DNA of 64,000 nt. Source: Botryllus schlosseri (Eukaryota). Position numbers and translations under genes: made by a program. How positions within the stretch are numbered: the stretch's first letter is position 1; each line of letters starts with the position of its first letter. Location: positions 16,742,001-16,806,000 of the forward strand of contig CM119371.1 of assembly GCA_051294905.1 (NCBI GenBank), written 5' to 3'. This document shows, in pieces, positions 1 through 13,013 of the stretch. The notes under the pieces were generated by a model. That model searched no databases, was not told the origin of the DNA, and saw nothing but the letters and a program-made list of their open reading frames with translations.

Positions 1-377
1 GAACTGCGTGAAATAGCCACTGTATCATTGTCACTGAATATAATTTCGAATATTACACTGATGTAGTGCCAATGTAGGCATTTTGCGCCAGCCGTTACGA
101 TACATCTTGCGATGTCGAATGTAGCCACCTCCAAGAAACCGCTAAGAGGATGCGGCCCGACTAAGTATACTTAGACACATTCATCTTCCTCTTCCACTTG
201 AAGTAGTTTTGACATGTCTCAGAAATTACAAATTATACTTGTAATTGATCAGAAATTTAAGGTGTTACTTGTTCTAGCAACGTTGTTTACTTCGTTCACC
301 TCTGGTTCATATTAAATCAGAAACCGCTTTGTAAATGTTAAGGTTATTATAAACAGAACTGTCGAAACGTGTAATCA

Positions 378-815
378 TAGTGTCCTATATGGTGTCGACA
401 CAGGCAAATCTCACGCCTCAGTTAAATTGTATCACGTCACATTTTCCATTTGGCTACAGGCAATTTGACGGTCATTTTAGACCGGCTTGCCGAGCATTAA
501 ATTTGACAAATCGGGTATCAAACGAAAGCTGACTCTGCACTGATTACGAAAATATAAATTTTATTCCGCTTGTGGCCCTGGAACTCCCACAATCATCCTC
601 GAATTTTTCATTGTTATGGAGATTGGCATTGGGACGCAAAATGCTTTCTGGCTCTTTTTCTCTTGAGCTACTCTCTCGTTTCGCCAGACAGCATTGTTGC
701 GTCCTGAGCTACTCTCTCGTTTCGCCAGACAGCCTGTAGCCAAATGGAAATTGTGACGTGATACAATTTCACTGATGCCTGAGATTTGCCTGTGTCGACA
801 CCATATAGGACACTA
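378..815. mobile_element. Small non-autonomous TIR element (MITE)
   Basis: About 85-bp imperfect TIRs, TAGTGTCCTATATGGTGTCGACACAGGCAAATCTC... and ...GAGATTTGCCTGTGTCGACACCATATAGGACACTA. Possible TA TSD. Internal 28-bp direct duplication GAGCTACTCTCTCGTTTCGCCAGACAGC at about 665 and 706. Confidence 0.8.
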
Positions 816-2346
816 TATGGTGCTATCATGCAAAACACAAACACGAAGCCCTGAAATCATTTAAAAATCACTAAAAATTAACCAATGCTTATCTTTGGCT
901 CTGTTATAGTAATGAAAACAGGCTATATATTGTGTATATAAAACTATAACCAACCATGTTCTGCGAACAGAAAGTTCATGATTTCTATGTCTACGTATTA
1001 TCGCCAAAAATGATCAACGTATACAATAGTGTACTCGAGTGTTTCCAATGCATCCTCTATGTTTCAATACGTCTTTTCGAGTTTAACAGAATGTAAGAGA
1101 ATCGGAAGTCCTAGAATCGAAGCTTCAGGGTTCCTTTTGAACAGTCAATAAACAGTCTCCATTCCTCTGTTTGTCTATGTTAGACGATGCAAACAAGGCC
1201 TTCATATTTTTGTAATGAATCCAAAACCTTTACGGAGAAAATAGTTCAGAAACAGCTTGCGTCGATTCCAACAAAATGTGAAGGAATAACTGGAATAAAA
1301 TTAGCACGATAAGCACACACATTGAAGTTATCATAATAAGCAGTTTATTTTGGAAAATCAGTCCGCATTTTATTGTTTCAAAGCAAGCTTATAGGACCAT
1401 ATCTTGTGTCAGAGTTCACAATTCTCTTCTACATTATATTGTACAATGTACAATGGAGCTACTGTGCACAATCTTTAAAACGTCAGCGATGTATAAAGTT
1501 ACCAACTGCTATCAACTAATATGGCTGCGTCCACCTATATTTTCAAAAGTCGAAAAGAGGTCCTGATTGAAAGAAGATTGATTGGAGTTCACCGAAAACT
1601 CAGTCCTTCTATTCTATAACCGCACAAGTTGCATCATAGAATAATATTATTAATATAATTTCAGTTACAATGTTTGACCTGTTCCTGCTGCTGTAATGTC
1701 ACTAACGAAAGTCGAAATTTGATATATTTATGAGCTTGAGCAAAATTCATGGCAAACAACTCTGACGTAATAGAGCAATCAATTCTGAGCAAAGAATCGG
1801 ATTCAGCAACCCAAAAATTTACCCAATTCAATGATCAACGAATTTGGTCCATTTTTTCAAATTGTGGACCTGTGTTATGGTTATTCAGAGCCCCACGTCG
1901 GCTTAGTTCAGCAACCACCGAATAAGTGCAAGCGTCATCATGTTACAATACGCATGTTACGTGGCAGAATAGGAGTAGAGGGGTATGTTGAATTTAGAAT
2001 CATAACAATCTAACCCGTCACCCCGCGAAAATATTCGTTTGTCAATGAAAACTATCGGATTACCAAGCGTTGGCCTGGTACCGCCCGATTTAAGTATATT
2101 CTAGGCCTTATATGTTGACTCCTCGTTCCAAATGTTTGACACGATTGGGCCGGTTTACCATATCGTTGTTGAAGAGAAGAACATATGATATCATTTCGCC
2201 AATTATATGTTGGCTATACAGAAAAGTAACCGGTATCGGGATTTTTTGGATTTCCACACCAAGTGTATGATGTCTGTTTCTTGTAGAATTATGAGGTAAA
2301 TCGGTATTGCAGACTGCTAAGTTGGTTTCTTTTCATTATTCATAAG

Positions 2347-2442
2347 AACATACTGCATCGCCGGTGTCTAATCGACCCGTACCTCCTCCTTTACCGGCTC
2401 GTCGCCCGATGCCGCCACCACAGCTGCCCGAAGGCTCCAGCG
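2347..2442 (+). CDS. Host gene internal exon, 96 bp, phase 1-1: (E)HTASPVSNRPVPPPLPARRPMPPPQLPEGSS
   Basis: Pyrimidine tract plus AG acceptor (tttcattattcataag), donor G|GTAAGG, open Pro-rich frame. Phase is compatible with the following exons. Confidence 0.75.
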
Positions 2443-2910
2443 GTAAGGATACATAATTTATTTTGAGGTCAAGGGTTTAGGAACATATGCATTATATATA
2501 GAACTTAAATAAAGATATATGTTCGTTGTGAGTTTATCCTTTACTATAAAGAAATGGTCGGGAATCTCGGACTCACGATTCACATACGGCTGCCGGTTCT
2601 TATTGCAGATTAGCGCGATTGGGGCACACAACAAATCCCTTCGTTACCCTGTCAGCATGAATACGAATTTCAATTTTGAAGTTACAGTCGATTAAAATTG
2701 TTGTATGGCTCGTTTAGAATTACATTTGAAACTATAGGGCTAATATCGAGCTTTTGGCGAAAAAGGTTTCTGACTGCTGCTACATTAAGTATTTTCTTGT
2801 AGGCCGGAATCCTAAGAATCTATAGGCATATATGGAAACGTCAAACGATGACATTGTGACCCAATATGAGTCTTTATGGTCATTCGCTTCATATATCTTT
2901 CGACATTTAG

Positions 2911-3006
2911 GAGAAGGTATCTATTTATGTCCGGACATACCGGAGTCAAAATACGAAAATCGGCGCCTTCCTCTACCCCCTACAAGAAGAGTCCAGCGGA
3001 GCAGCG
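2911..3006 (+). CDS. Host gene internal exon, 96 bp, phase 1-1: GEGIYLCPDIPESKYENRRLPLPPTRRVQRSS
   Basis: Acceptor tctttcgacatttag, donor G|GTAAGA. Lies in the frame of ORF 2832..3176 and carries YEN and RxLPxxP motifs. Confidence 0.75.
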
Positions 3007-3449
3007 GTAAGAATACTTCAGGCACTGTAATACATAATTTGGAAGACACGACATCGAATGCGAATGAGTATTTGGCGTCTACAAACCGAAGCGCTAATTC
3101 CCTCGTATCAACCATGATGACTAAATATTTAGTAGAAAATCTAGATCACTTACTTACCACTAGTAGCAAATCGTGAAAAATAAAGCGTGACGCGGCCTAC
3201 TATAGGGATAGTACAATTCCCTGAAAAGTTCCGTTTCCGTATAAACACGAATTTAAGTTTACTGTGGACATGGGGCCGCGGGAAGAGCAAGATACGTTGC
3301 TGTACGGTGCTTGAGGGACAAATATCCGTAGCTGTGTTTTTGTTGTTCAAGGTATTTATGGTGCTTGCCGGCTATACAATGATGATTTGCGCCGTGCGAA
3401 ATCCCTTTAATTTTAGTCCGTAGCTGCCGACTTGTAGCATCACGGCCCC

Positions 3450-3888
3450 GGTTCTATACCAATACCGAGAAAACCATTACCGAGAATGGACATTACCGAG
3501 AACGCCATTACCGAGAATGGACATTACCGAGAATGGACATTACCGAGAATGGTCATTACCGAGAATGGACACCACCGAGAATGGACATTACCGAGAATGA
3601 CCAATGTCAAGAATATAGCTAACTGGGACTGACGTTGTCGAGAAATTTATACCTGAGCATCGCTACTGAATGTGGCAACGCCGTGATGCACTCACACGAC
3701 CTGTGCATATGCATAACATGCCTGCGTTGCATATATTGCATTCTCGGTAATGTCCATTCTCGGTGGTGTCCATTCTCGGCAATGTCCATTCTCTGTGGTG
3801 TTCATTCTCGGTAATGTCCATTCTCGGTGGTGTCCATTCTCGGTAATGGCATTCTCGGTAATGGTTTTCTCGGTATTGACCGGACACC
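3450..3888. mobile_element. Foldback/Mutator-like MITE with minisatellite arms
   Basis: 9-bp TSD CACGGCCCC (3441-3449 and 3889-3897), GG...CC ends. Inverted arrays of an ~18-bp unit, CATTACCGAGAATGGA-like, at 3460-3600 and 3740-3878. Confidence 0.85.
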
Positions 3889-4405
3889 CACGGCCCCCTT
3901 CTCGGCTTTTTAAAAGATACCGCTTTCGCGGGTGAGATGGCGAGGAGAAGTCTAGACAAACCTCCAACACTCCCACAACCTACTGTTGTCGCAGCTGTCG
4001 ATTATACCAAAACGCTATCTCGCCACTTGTCTGATGCTGTGTCGCAATGACGTGATCTAAAATCCGGTGACTAACACTTGAGCTCCTTAACTCCCCCTAA
4101 CTATATTCATTATTCATGTATGTGCAATTGTATGTTCAGTACGATAGATATTTATTATGTTCTTGTATTCGCTTGTTGACTTTTGTGATAATCCGGATTG
4201 ATTATTTCGAACTTGTGCTATTATATTCATATTTTAAGGCGCACATTCCTTTCACCCCGTGTTTGTATAATAATATATTAACTCAGTAGTATTCAGTGAT
4301 CAAAATGTGTTGGGTACTATTCATACATGAGTCATATTGATATTGCTAGAGCGAACGTCTATCATAGGATTTTTAATCATCGTTCCAAATTCTACCATCG
4401 AAAAG

Positions 4406-4504
4406 AAACGTGTCTTCCTATTGTCCCAGAGCCTGATTACGACCAAGTTCCTGATTCACCGCCTCTCAAACCTCGCTATCATCGGACGACTCAGCCAAAC
4501 ATTG
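4406..4504 (+). CDS. Host gene internal exon, 99 bp, phase 1-1: ETCLPIVPEPDYDQVPDSPPLKPRYHRTTQPNI
   Basis: AG acceptor at 4404-4405 (weak tract), donor G|GTAAGA at 4505. Lies in the frame of ORF 4327..4545 and carries a PEPDYDQV motif. Confidence 0.7.
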
Positions 4505-4910
4505 GTAAGAATATAATATATACATCAGACGTGCAACAGGCATAGACTACTGCTTTCGATTTTAAACCAGAACGGCTATAAACTGCCAATAATTAAAAGG
4601 TATATGTTGTGTTGTGATTGAGCATTATGAGCAAAGTGAGTATCGTAGAGGATGGGCAAAACGACTCGGGAACAATAATTTCGAATTCGTTGTCTTTATC
4701 TGTTCCCCGCACCCAACCACTACGAACTTTCAGGTGATCATCACCATGTATATACCATTATTATCAATTGCAATGATTGGAATCGACCAGTGAGAATCGA
4801 TTTTTTCGAGTGAAAAATTTACTCGCCCTTTCCACGAATAATTATTTGTCTACTCACGAGAATATACCTTCGATATATACGCGAGTCAAAATTCACATTG
4901 AATATAATAT

Positions 4911-5010
4911 AACGTGTTAGAATTAGAGCCTGGATGAGACAGAGTTCCGCATTCGCCGATTCTGAAACTTCACTCTTCACGAAGGTATCAGCAAACACCA
5001 GCTAGAATAT
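4911..5010 (+). pseudogene. Decayed duplicate of exon 4406-4504
   Basis: gag cct gga TGA gac aga gtt ccg cat tcg ccg att ctg aaa (EPG*DRVPHSPILK) aligns to EPDYDQVPDSPPLK. The donor appears mutated (gctagaat versus gtaagaat). Confidence 0.6.
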
Positions 5011-5347
5011 AAGTTATAACTGAGCCGTGTGACATACATGGATTCTATCAAAAAACGACCGTTAACTATGTACAGTGGCGTATCCAGGGGGGGTTTAGGG
5101 GGTCGGAACCCCCCCTTTTCAAAATCCTAAAAATTGATGTCAAATATAGCCTCTAATATTTGCTAATTTATCAGTTTACCATATTCGTTTTTACGTATGA
5201 GAAGGCGAATATGGCGTCTTAATGTTATTTAAGGGAACTAACACCCCTACGAAATATTGGAATTATGCGCCGAATTAGTCGAAAGGATAAAATAGGTCAT
5301 TATAATTCGCTAATTCCATAAGTAATCTGCGCTTGTTCAATGTTCAG

Positions 5348-8300
5348 TAGGGTTGTTCAAAATTTGGAAAATGTTTGGAATTCTGCGTGTCCATCGCTTT
5401 TTCTTTAGATTATTGTTAAAAAACAATAATGGGATTGAAAGAAGCTCCCAGGAAAGACGCTAACATTTGTCTAAATGCGTTTGAAAGTCGTTGTTGAAGA
5501 GTGGGCGGGCAAGCGTAAGCAGAGGCGGGCAATCACGAAACCACGGTTCTTGATTGGGTAATCGGCTAAGCTTCACTGATTACTGCAACAGCTGACTCGG
5601 ATTCGGGAGCTTCGCTTTACTAAATTGAAAGTCTGTTTTGCTGAGGTAGAGTCTGTTAGTAGCGGTTGTGGTTCTGTACAAGCGCGTTGTGTGTTGATGA
5701 GTCATTAGTAGTACTGTAACACGTGTTCTTTGAATGCTTCACAGTCGATAGCAGTAGTTTATGCTTTGGAGCAACAATAGTGCAGTCATGGCAGAGGCAA
5801 AACGGCGAAAGATTGCAGACATGCCGCAGCGAAGAACAAGATCCAAATCTGAGCAGTACTTGGTCGGATATACTTGCGATTACATCTGTGGCTCGAGATT
5901 ACCTACTATACGAGAAGTAATGAGTTACTTGCTGCATCTGAAAGAGCATTGTCCTCAGTCAACCCCTACTCATGAACTATGTACTGTGGTGGTGGATGAT
6001 GTATTGACAGTGTGGAAAATGGCGAGAATTGCAACAATGCAGAAATCACATGTGGTGCGATCACTTCAAAACCTGCACGAAAGATGGCGTGATCTGAAGA
6101 AGAATCCGAAACAGGAAAGTGATCCCAAGGGTAAGAGGAGAAAATTCACTGATGATTTGGACAAGCTGTGGGATATTGGAAGTAGAGATGCCATAACAAC
6201 AATAAAAAATGACATTTATCTATCACATGAAAGAAAGCTTGAAGACATTGCATTTTATGAAGATCAACGGCAATCTCGCCAGTCAATAATGTTGGGAAGA
6301 GACAAAATTCTGGCTAAAGACCTCAAAAAGAAAACAGCAGCCATTGCAGATCAAACTGTTGAAAACGTTTCACACGACTCAAGTTGTGACTATGTTGTTT
6401 TAGCATCATCGTCATCTTCAAAAGAGGGTGACAGTTTGAGTTCAAGTTCTGACTATGATGCTGATGTTGGACTTGGCACCTCGACCCAATCCATTAAACT
6501 GATGGCACTTAAAATATTATGAAAAATACGCATGTTTCCCAAGCTCTGGATCGATTGCAAGTAACTGACAACGATGCAACGATGCTGATGGGAGCATTTA
6601 TTAAGGCTTGTGGAGGAGATATAGCCATGTTCTCCCTGTCAAGATCTTCAACGAAGAGAGCCAGGGAAACAAATCGCCTGGAAATATCTCAGGACATTTT
6701 GGAAAAATTTGCCGAAAATAGACCACAGCATGTTGCCATTCATTGGGATGGAAAGCTCACAGAGGATAGATTAGGAAATCGATATGAAGCTTTGTCAATT
6801 GTTCTATCTTGTCAACCTCAATACTCGGAAGGAAAACTACTTGGAATTCAGAAGATACAAAATGCGGCAGGTCAGACACAAGCTGAAACTACTTTCGACA
6901 TAATTAAAAAGTGGGATATACAAGATGCTGTAACAGCTTTGGTTTTTGACACCACAGCAAGCAACAGCGGCTGGAAGAAGGGTGCAGCGAAGATCCTTGA
7001 GGACCTTCTAGGAAAGAAGGTTTTTTACCATGTGTGTCGGCACCATGTGTATGAGCTAGTAGTCAAAGACGTCTGGAAATCTTTATTTGGAAAAGCAACA
7101 ACCGGACCAGAGAACACATGGTTTGCCCACCTTAAGAAGAGCTGGAGCAGTCTTGACAGAAAACAGCAATTCAAGACTCTGACTATTGCTATATGCTTTA
7201 AAGAACGAGCAGCAATGACAGTTGAGAACTTCAAGCTACTACTCGCCAGAAAAGATTTCTTCACACGGGATGACTACAAACAATGTGTGACTAATGCTCT
7301 TGCTCTTTTCGGTGCAGATGGAGATATACATCATCACAAACCTGGTGCAACACACCATGCAAGGTGGATGGGCACAATTCTGTATGCTCAGAAGATGTTC
7401 ATGTGGGCTGATCAGTTACATTACAAATCTGAAGAAGTGGAACTGCTGCATCGCTTCAATTTAGTTTTAGTTCTCTTCTATATCCCTGCCTGGGTTGCTT
7501 CCAGCATCGGTCGTGATGCAGCCGGTAATGACTTGAGATTCATCCAGGACATGTTGAGTTACAAGGAACATGATGAACAAGTTTCCAAAGCTGCTTCACA
7601 AAAGCCTTTAAAGCATGACTGGTATAACGTGGAGGAAACCGCTGTATATGCCTTGAAACCCGAGAAAATATGGCAAAGACGCTCCTACAGGTAGAGCGAA
7701 CTTCAAGTTTCAGGAGAGGCCCGCCCTCGTTGAATGCAACTGTACGCATCAACAAGGACACTACTTTGTCTGATTTTATTGGGCCACAGTCGTGGTACAT
7801 ATTTGATGTTTTTGAATGCTCTGGGGCGTGGCTAGCTCAACTGGTTGATGTTTGGCACTTATCAGATTCCTACACCAGAATGAGCTCCCACATCAGTTCT
7901 GTCAAAGTCGTTAATGATGCCGCAGAACGAGGTGTAAAGCTAAGCACAGACTATGCTGCAATCTTGACTGACAATGAACAACAAAGAGACAGTCTGCTTC
8001 AAGCTGTGGAACAGCATAGGAAGACAGTTGGAGACAGCAGGAAGTCAACTCTAATCAAAAGCCTGTAATCTGCAACTTGTGCCTGACAATGCAACACTGA
8101 TCTGCAACGCACTTTTTTAATGTCTTTTGTAAATAGTGCTTTTCGCCTTCATTCAATTGTGAATAAAAAGTGTAATATGCGTTTGTTTATGGGTGAGACG
8201 TCGACCAGTCATAACAAGTACTACTGAGATGTTGACTCCTGGTGGTAAATTTTTGAGTTTCACTCACTGTCAGTAACTTTTGGAAAGGTAGCAATATGCA

Positions 8301-8764
8301 TGCATCTAGTTTATTCGTATCTCAACTAGCGAGAGAACCTGTGCAATACATAGCACTTTCTGCAGGTAGATATCAACTTAGGCGGTTGCGATGTTGTACT
8401 ATGGACTCTTGGTGACAACATTAACAAAGGCAATATATCATGTCTGTAATGCCACCAACAGAAACGACTGCACAACAGCACGCAGAAATCGTTACCAGCA
8501 GTGTTCACAAAGTCGGTCTTTCAGCCAATCATTAGCTTATTATTACCGGCTTCAACCGATCAGGATTAATGGCTTCTCTTTGCCCGCCCACTTCATCGAT
8601 TCCCCGCCCACTCGCCGACGGCTACTTTCAAACGCATTTAGACAAATGTTAGCGGCTTTCCTGCGAGCTTCTTTCAAGCCCATTATTGTTTTTTAACAAT
8701 AATCTACAGAATAAGCGATGGACACGCAGAATTCCAAACATTTTCCAAATTTTGAACAACCCTA
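5348..8764 (+). mobile_element. hAT-superfamily DNA transposon (hATm-like), full length
   Basis: TIR TAGGGTTGTTCAAAATTTGGAAAATGTTTGGAATTCTGCGTGTCCATCGC is perfect for about 50 bp and imperfect to about 170 bp. Exact 8-bp TSD ATGTTCAG (5340-5347 and 8765-8772). Confidence 0.93.
5761..8068 (+). pseudogene. DDE transposase split over three overlapping ORFs (5761-6522, 6519-7694, 7670-8068)
   Basis: Motifs HWDGK, FDTTASNSG, CRHH (CxxH) and VVNDAAERGVK. Two frame breaks, at about 6520 and 7680, are frameshifts or unresolved introns. Confidence 0.88.
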
Positions 8765-9810
8765 ATGTTCAGCTACATTTCAGCTGTGGCAGTTGCTGAC
8801 GTTCTCAACTTTCTTCCCTCCATTTCTCTCTCGCCTTACTAAAACGAGAGACGCATTTTAGGAAAATCTAATCTAATTGGCCGACGCGATACGTAATTGC
8901 AAAGACGAAGTTATCAACATCGCTCGCGAATTCACTGCACGTGCTCGCCTTAAATCCTAATTAAGAATTGCACGGCGTGTTGATTGATCAGCGAGACACA
9001 GACACGACGGCACCAGTACGACAATGCTATTCTCAAATCCACATTGTATTCGCGATTATTGGCGAGAAATGGCCTACGATTGACATTCACATTTCAAAAT
9101 ACAAGCCTAGCAATCCACGTTGCCGATTGTTAGGTGGCTTGCTGTCGTCCAAATACAGGCCTATGTTGTCGCTGAACGGGAGAATTGAGTAGGCCTAGTA
9201 GTAAAGTTAACCTAATTATACTGACTGGCAAGTTTCTCTGTCAATCAATCAAGTTATTATACCAGTGTGTACTCTGTATTAATTGACTGACTTGCGTGCT
9301 TGCAATTAAGGTCTAATTATCTTCCCGCGTACTACACGCTCAGCCGTATGGCTAGCAAAGCCATCGAAAAGCACACATTCGTGAACGACGTACACTGTTC
9401 AAACCACACCTCTCTGTGGCGATCGCGATCGCCCTCGTTTACGCTACCGCCTTATTCCGCGCTTGTTCGTCCGCTGCGATACTACCGACCGTGTGCACTG
9501 TCCATAATATTGTCAAAACCCAACAAAATCGCACATCTCTGGCCGCGCTTGAAGACGGGCGGCGTTTGCCGGCTCATGACTAAATGTGAGCATTTACGAA
9601 TTTCTTTCAATCATACCGTAAAAGAAACGCGATTTTCAGGCAATGTCTGTATCGTATTCGTACATCTCCCACTCACCGCAAATCTCTGTTTATTATTAAA
9701 CTATAAATATTCGCCACGGCGTGGAGACGAGCGATCGTAATAATGACGTCACAATAGTCAATTTCGTAACGCAAACCCCCCCCTTTTTCGCGCTCTGGAT
9801 ACGCGCCTGA

Positions 9811-9881
9811 TGAAAGGGAAAGATTTTCTTTATGAAATTATTGATATTTTATGTACATACTTGAATAAAAATCACTCAAAA
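9811..9881 (+). mobile_element. Tiny retroposed 3'-end fragment inserted in a TIR
   Basis: Flanked by a 14-bp direct repeat GGATACGCGCCTGA (9797-9810 and 9882-9895). Ends with AATAAA followed by a short A run. Confidence 0.55.
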
Positions 9882-10029
9882 GGATACGCGCCTGACTATG
9901 AACAATAAAGTCGTGGATTTACCGCTGCGTTATGATTTACCGAATATTTTGATTTATCTCTCGAAATAACGGTCCATCAGCATTATGCAAAACAAGTATT
10001 GCTTCAGTTAACTGCTTTGTATGACACAG

Positions 10030-10109
10030 GTGGCGGGTCAGAGCACTTGTACGAAATTGACAATTCTATTGATGATGGGGAGCATTTATATCAAGATCCT
10101 TTGCAGTAG
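10030..10109 (+). CDS. Host gene terminal coding exon: GGGSEHLYEIDNSIDDGEHLYQDPLQ*
   Basis: Acceptor ctgctttgtatgacacag, phase 1, stop TAG at 10107-10109. Two EHLY motifs. AATAAA signals downstream at about 10343 and 10427-10436. Confidence 0.75.
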
Positions 10110-10521
10110 ACTTCACTTCTGCTGTTTGTTCCATACTACAGACTTCAGCCATCGACAATTGCGACATTATACCACTCATTTGAATAGCTTTTGATGTTTT
10201 GATAAATTTTGAAGTTACGAAATCGTGATATGACCTCGAATGTTTGCGTCAACGTGTTGCGCATTTTAGTTGCACTGAATGAAGCTGACATAGCAGCATA
10301 CTGGGATGATGTATCCTAATCTTCCCACTATATCAATTACTAAATAAATGAAATTGTGAGTTGTAGAGTGGCCAATTTAACAAACTATAGTAAATTAGGA
10401 AATGTCTAGCCTGCATGAAGTATGTTAATAAATAAAACGAATATATTGAGTATGTTCATGCACGATGCAGTATATTTGGGGCGATTTCATAGGGATTGTA
10501 GTGTGAATGGCGAATAGGTAT

Positions 10522-11506
10522 TAGGGATGGTGTGAACGTGGGGTTCACGTTCGCGTTCTGCGTGTGAACCTCGGAAATTAGAGGTTCGCGTTCACAACAG
10601 AACCTTGGTAGGTTCTGCACTGTGAACCTTTTTCAGATATTACAATTTTCACTTCATTATAACATCTTTGGTTCAAGTTATTGCAATTCAACTGCGGGCC
10701 ACTCTACGCATGGCGCAGCATTAAAAATCAACACTAAACGAGCATGTACCTTGACAATCTCAAAAGTTTTACTTGCTTTGTTACAAAAGTTTGCACAAAA
10801 TATCCAGCTTTCCGTTTGTGAATATTTAGTGACTCTCTGCTGTGAGCTTGACCTGCAATCACACAACATCACGAGCGAAATACGTAGTCAGCGAATGATG
10901 CTTATTCAACAAATCAATGAGATTGATATCGTTTTCTGATGTAAAAAATCTAGCAGGCGTAAGGGGTTAATCTTGACTTCATATCTTTACTACATCATAA
11001 ATACCAAATCCGTGCGATTGAGGTGTTGGTTACTGCTGTATAACTTGTTAATTGGGTAATATCGGTAGCAGGTATAGGAACCCGTTTTACACTCTGCTCA
11101 ATATCAATGTAGCAATACTCAGACGCCGAATACATTGTCCGGTCTGGCCTGGACCGCTAAGGCGTAAGCTTATATTCCCTGGTAAGTCTTCGTCGAAATT
11201 GTTGGCAAAGCGACGGAAGATATTGATTTTATGGGAGTATTATATCCTTTGATTGCCTCAGTTGATACATTTAGCGACGTTTAAAACGCCAATATGTACA
11301 TCAGCATTGTGGCATTATGTGGCCCGAGTCGTCGCTGGGTATCGCGTACATTAATATAGGCTATCACTTCATTGAAAGAGAGGGTTGGAATTAGCAATAT
11401 GACGTCACGTGACGTCATGAGGTTCACGTTCGCGTTCACACAGAACCTTTTAAAAAGGTTCACGTTCACACGAACCTGAACCTTTCAGAGGTTCACACCA
11501 TCCCTA
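10522..11506. mobile_element. hAT-type MITE
   Basis: TIR TAGGGATGGTGTGAAC, 8-bp TSD ATAGGTAT, subterminal GGTTCACG/GAACC repeats. Confidence 0.9.
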
Positions 11507-11996
11507 ATAGGTATGTGAACTCGAATACGCTTCATTCGACAACATGTTTGCTTAAGTAGCTTTACGCCAGCTTAGTCACACATATCACCTACCACGCGAC
11601 CTTCATCCTTGCACATTCCTAGCGAACGTTGAGATTTTTTATGAAGAAATGCTTTCAAGAGTATATATTAATATTAAACCAGTAATATGGACGCTGTTTA
11701 TGCGCCACTATCCGGTAATAGCATTATCGTGTTTTCTATCTTATCATCTTTTATAAATGCGGTATTTGATATAACAACGAAATTCTGAGAAGAGCAAAAA
11801 CGCAAACAGAGTACAAATTTTTGAAGAAAAATTGGACTGAAGGAAACGTATTCTCAGACACTACATCGCAAAGGGTCAAAATTGTAAAAGTGTTACAGTT
11901 CTAAAGGAATATAATGTAGGTAATATATGTGGTCTCACTGCCATGTATAACTTCTGACGAAATAGCTACCGGCATCATAAGGTCTTTGGTCTAGCT

Positions 11997-12321
11997 CAGT
12001 GGTTCTCAACCATTTTTTAGACGCGCCCCCCTTTTTGATAATGAAAAATTTCGCGCCCCCCTTATCGTCATATCACAAAATCCAACTGGGATGCTAGCAA
12101 CCCCAACAGATTACATACAGGTGGTATGGTCGGTTATGAATGTTAATGAAAGAATAAAAAAAATATGAAATGGGATTTATATAGGGAGAAACACGCATGT
12201 ATTGGAGGTAAATATTGCGGAGCACGAAATTTTTTTTCAGGTCACCGCTTCTTCGCGTCCCCTTCAGATGTTTCACGCCCCCCCCCACCAAGGGTAGCGC
12301 TCCCAAGGTTGAGAACCCCTG
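11997..12321. mobile_element. hAT (Charlie-like) MITE
   Basis: TIR CAGTGGTTCTCAACC / GGTTGAGAACCCCTG, 8-bp TSD GTCTAGCT. Confidence 0.9.
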
Positions 12322-13013
12322 GTCTAGCTATATCAACGATATGCCCACTTTTAAAGGATGTCAGCTGAGGGTAAAGTAATTTATTCAGTGTCGTTCGTAG
12401 TGAGCAGATTAAGATGAATTTCCGCAAAAAATCATATAGCGAATACCCGAATGGTGATTTACCAGACTAATCAAAACCAGACATGGGGTGATTACTTCAT
12501 GAATGTAATCGATTGCGATTACGATTACTTATGAATGACGCGATTACGATTACGATTACGATTACAGCAAAATCAGGAAGTAGTCGATTACGATTACGAT
12601 TACATTGGAAAAGTAATCACGATTACTCACGATCACATTTATTTTGCATCTTAGAAGTTATATTGGAAGACAATATATGGATTGCGCTGAGGAGGCCTGA
12701 TGACTGATGAGATAACAGACTTCCTTTAAAAAAGATGCGTCATTTTCTTGATACGTCATAATGTACCAATTGCCCATTTTTATAAAGGACGATTTATCGC
12801 ACCCAACGATTTAAATTCTTGCCAGATCCATGACTGCCGTACCCCAAATTTCCCAATAGGGTGGGGAACGAGCACGAACGGTACTCAAAAGTATTTCGTA
12901 AACCTACATAGTATTTTCGAGAGATTTAATTAGGTTGAAAATTCTCTCTAGATAGCTTGATTTTAAAATGCATACATCTCCCCTTCAAGATAGAAAGCAT
13001 ACGTAATTTATAG

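Larger units (their letters stand above)
5073..9894. mobile_element. Non-autonomous hAT-type element hosting the transposase element
   Basis: Ends CAGTGGCGTATCCAG and GGATACGCGCCTG. Near-perfect 8-bp TSD ACTATGTA (5065-5072) / ACTATGAA (9895-9902). Confidence 0.7.

Noticed and set aside
1889..1982. Additional upstream exon of the host gene
   Set aside because: AG/GT-bounded but 94 bp long. The only open frame ends in phase 2, incompatible with the phase-1 exon at 2347.
3663..3976. Repetitive ORFs (ITENGH-type repeats)
   Set aside because: These are translations of the MITE's 18-bp minisatellite, not genes.
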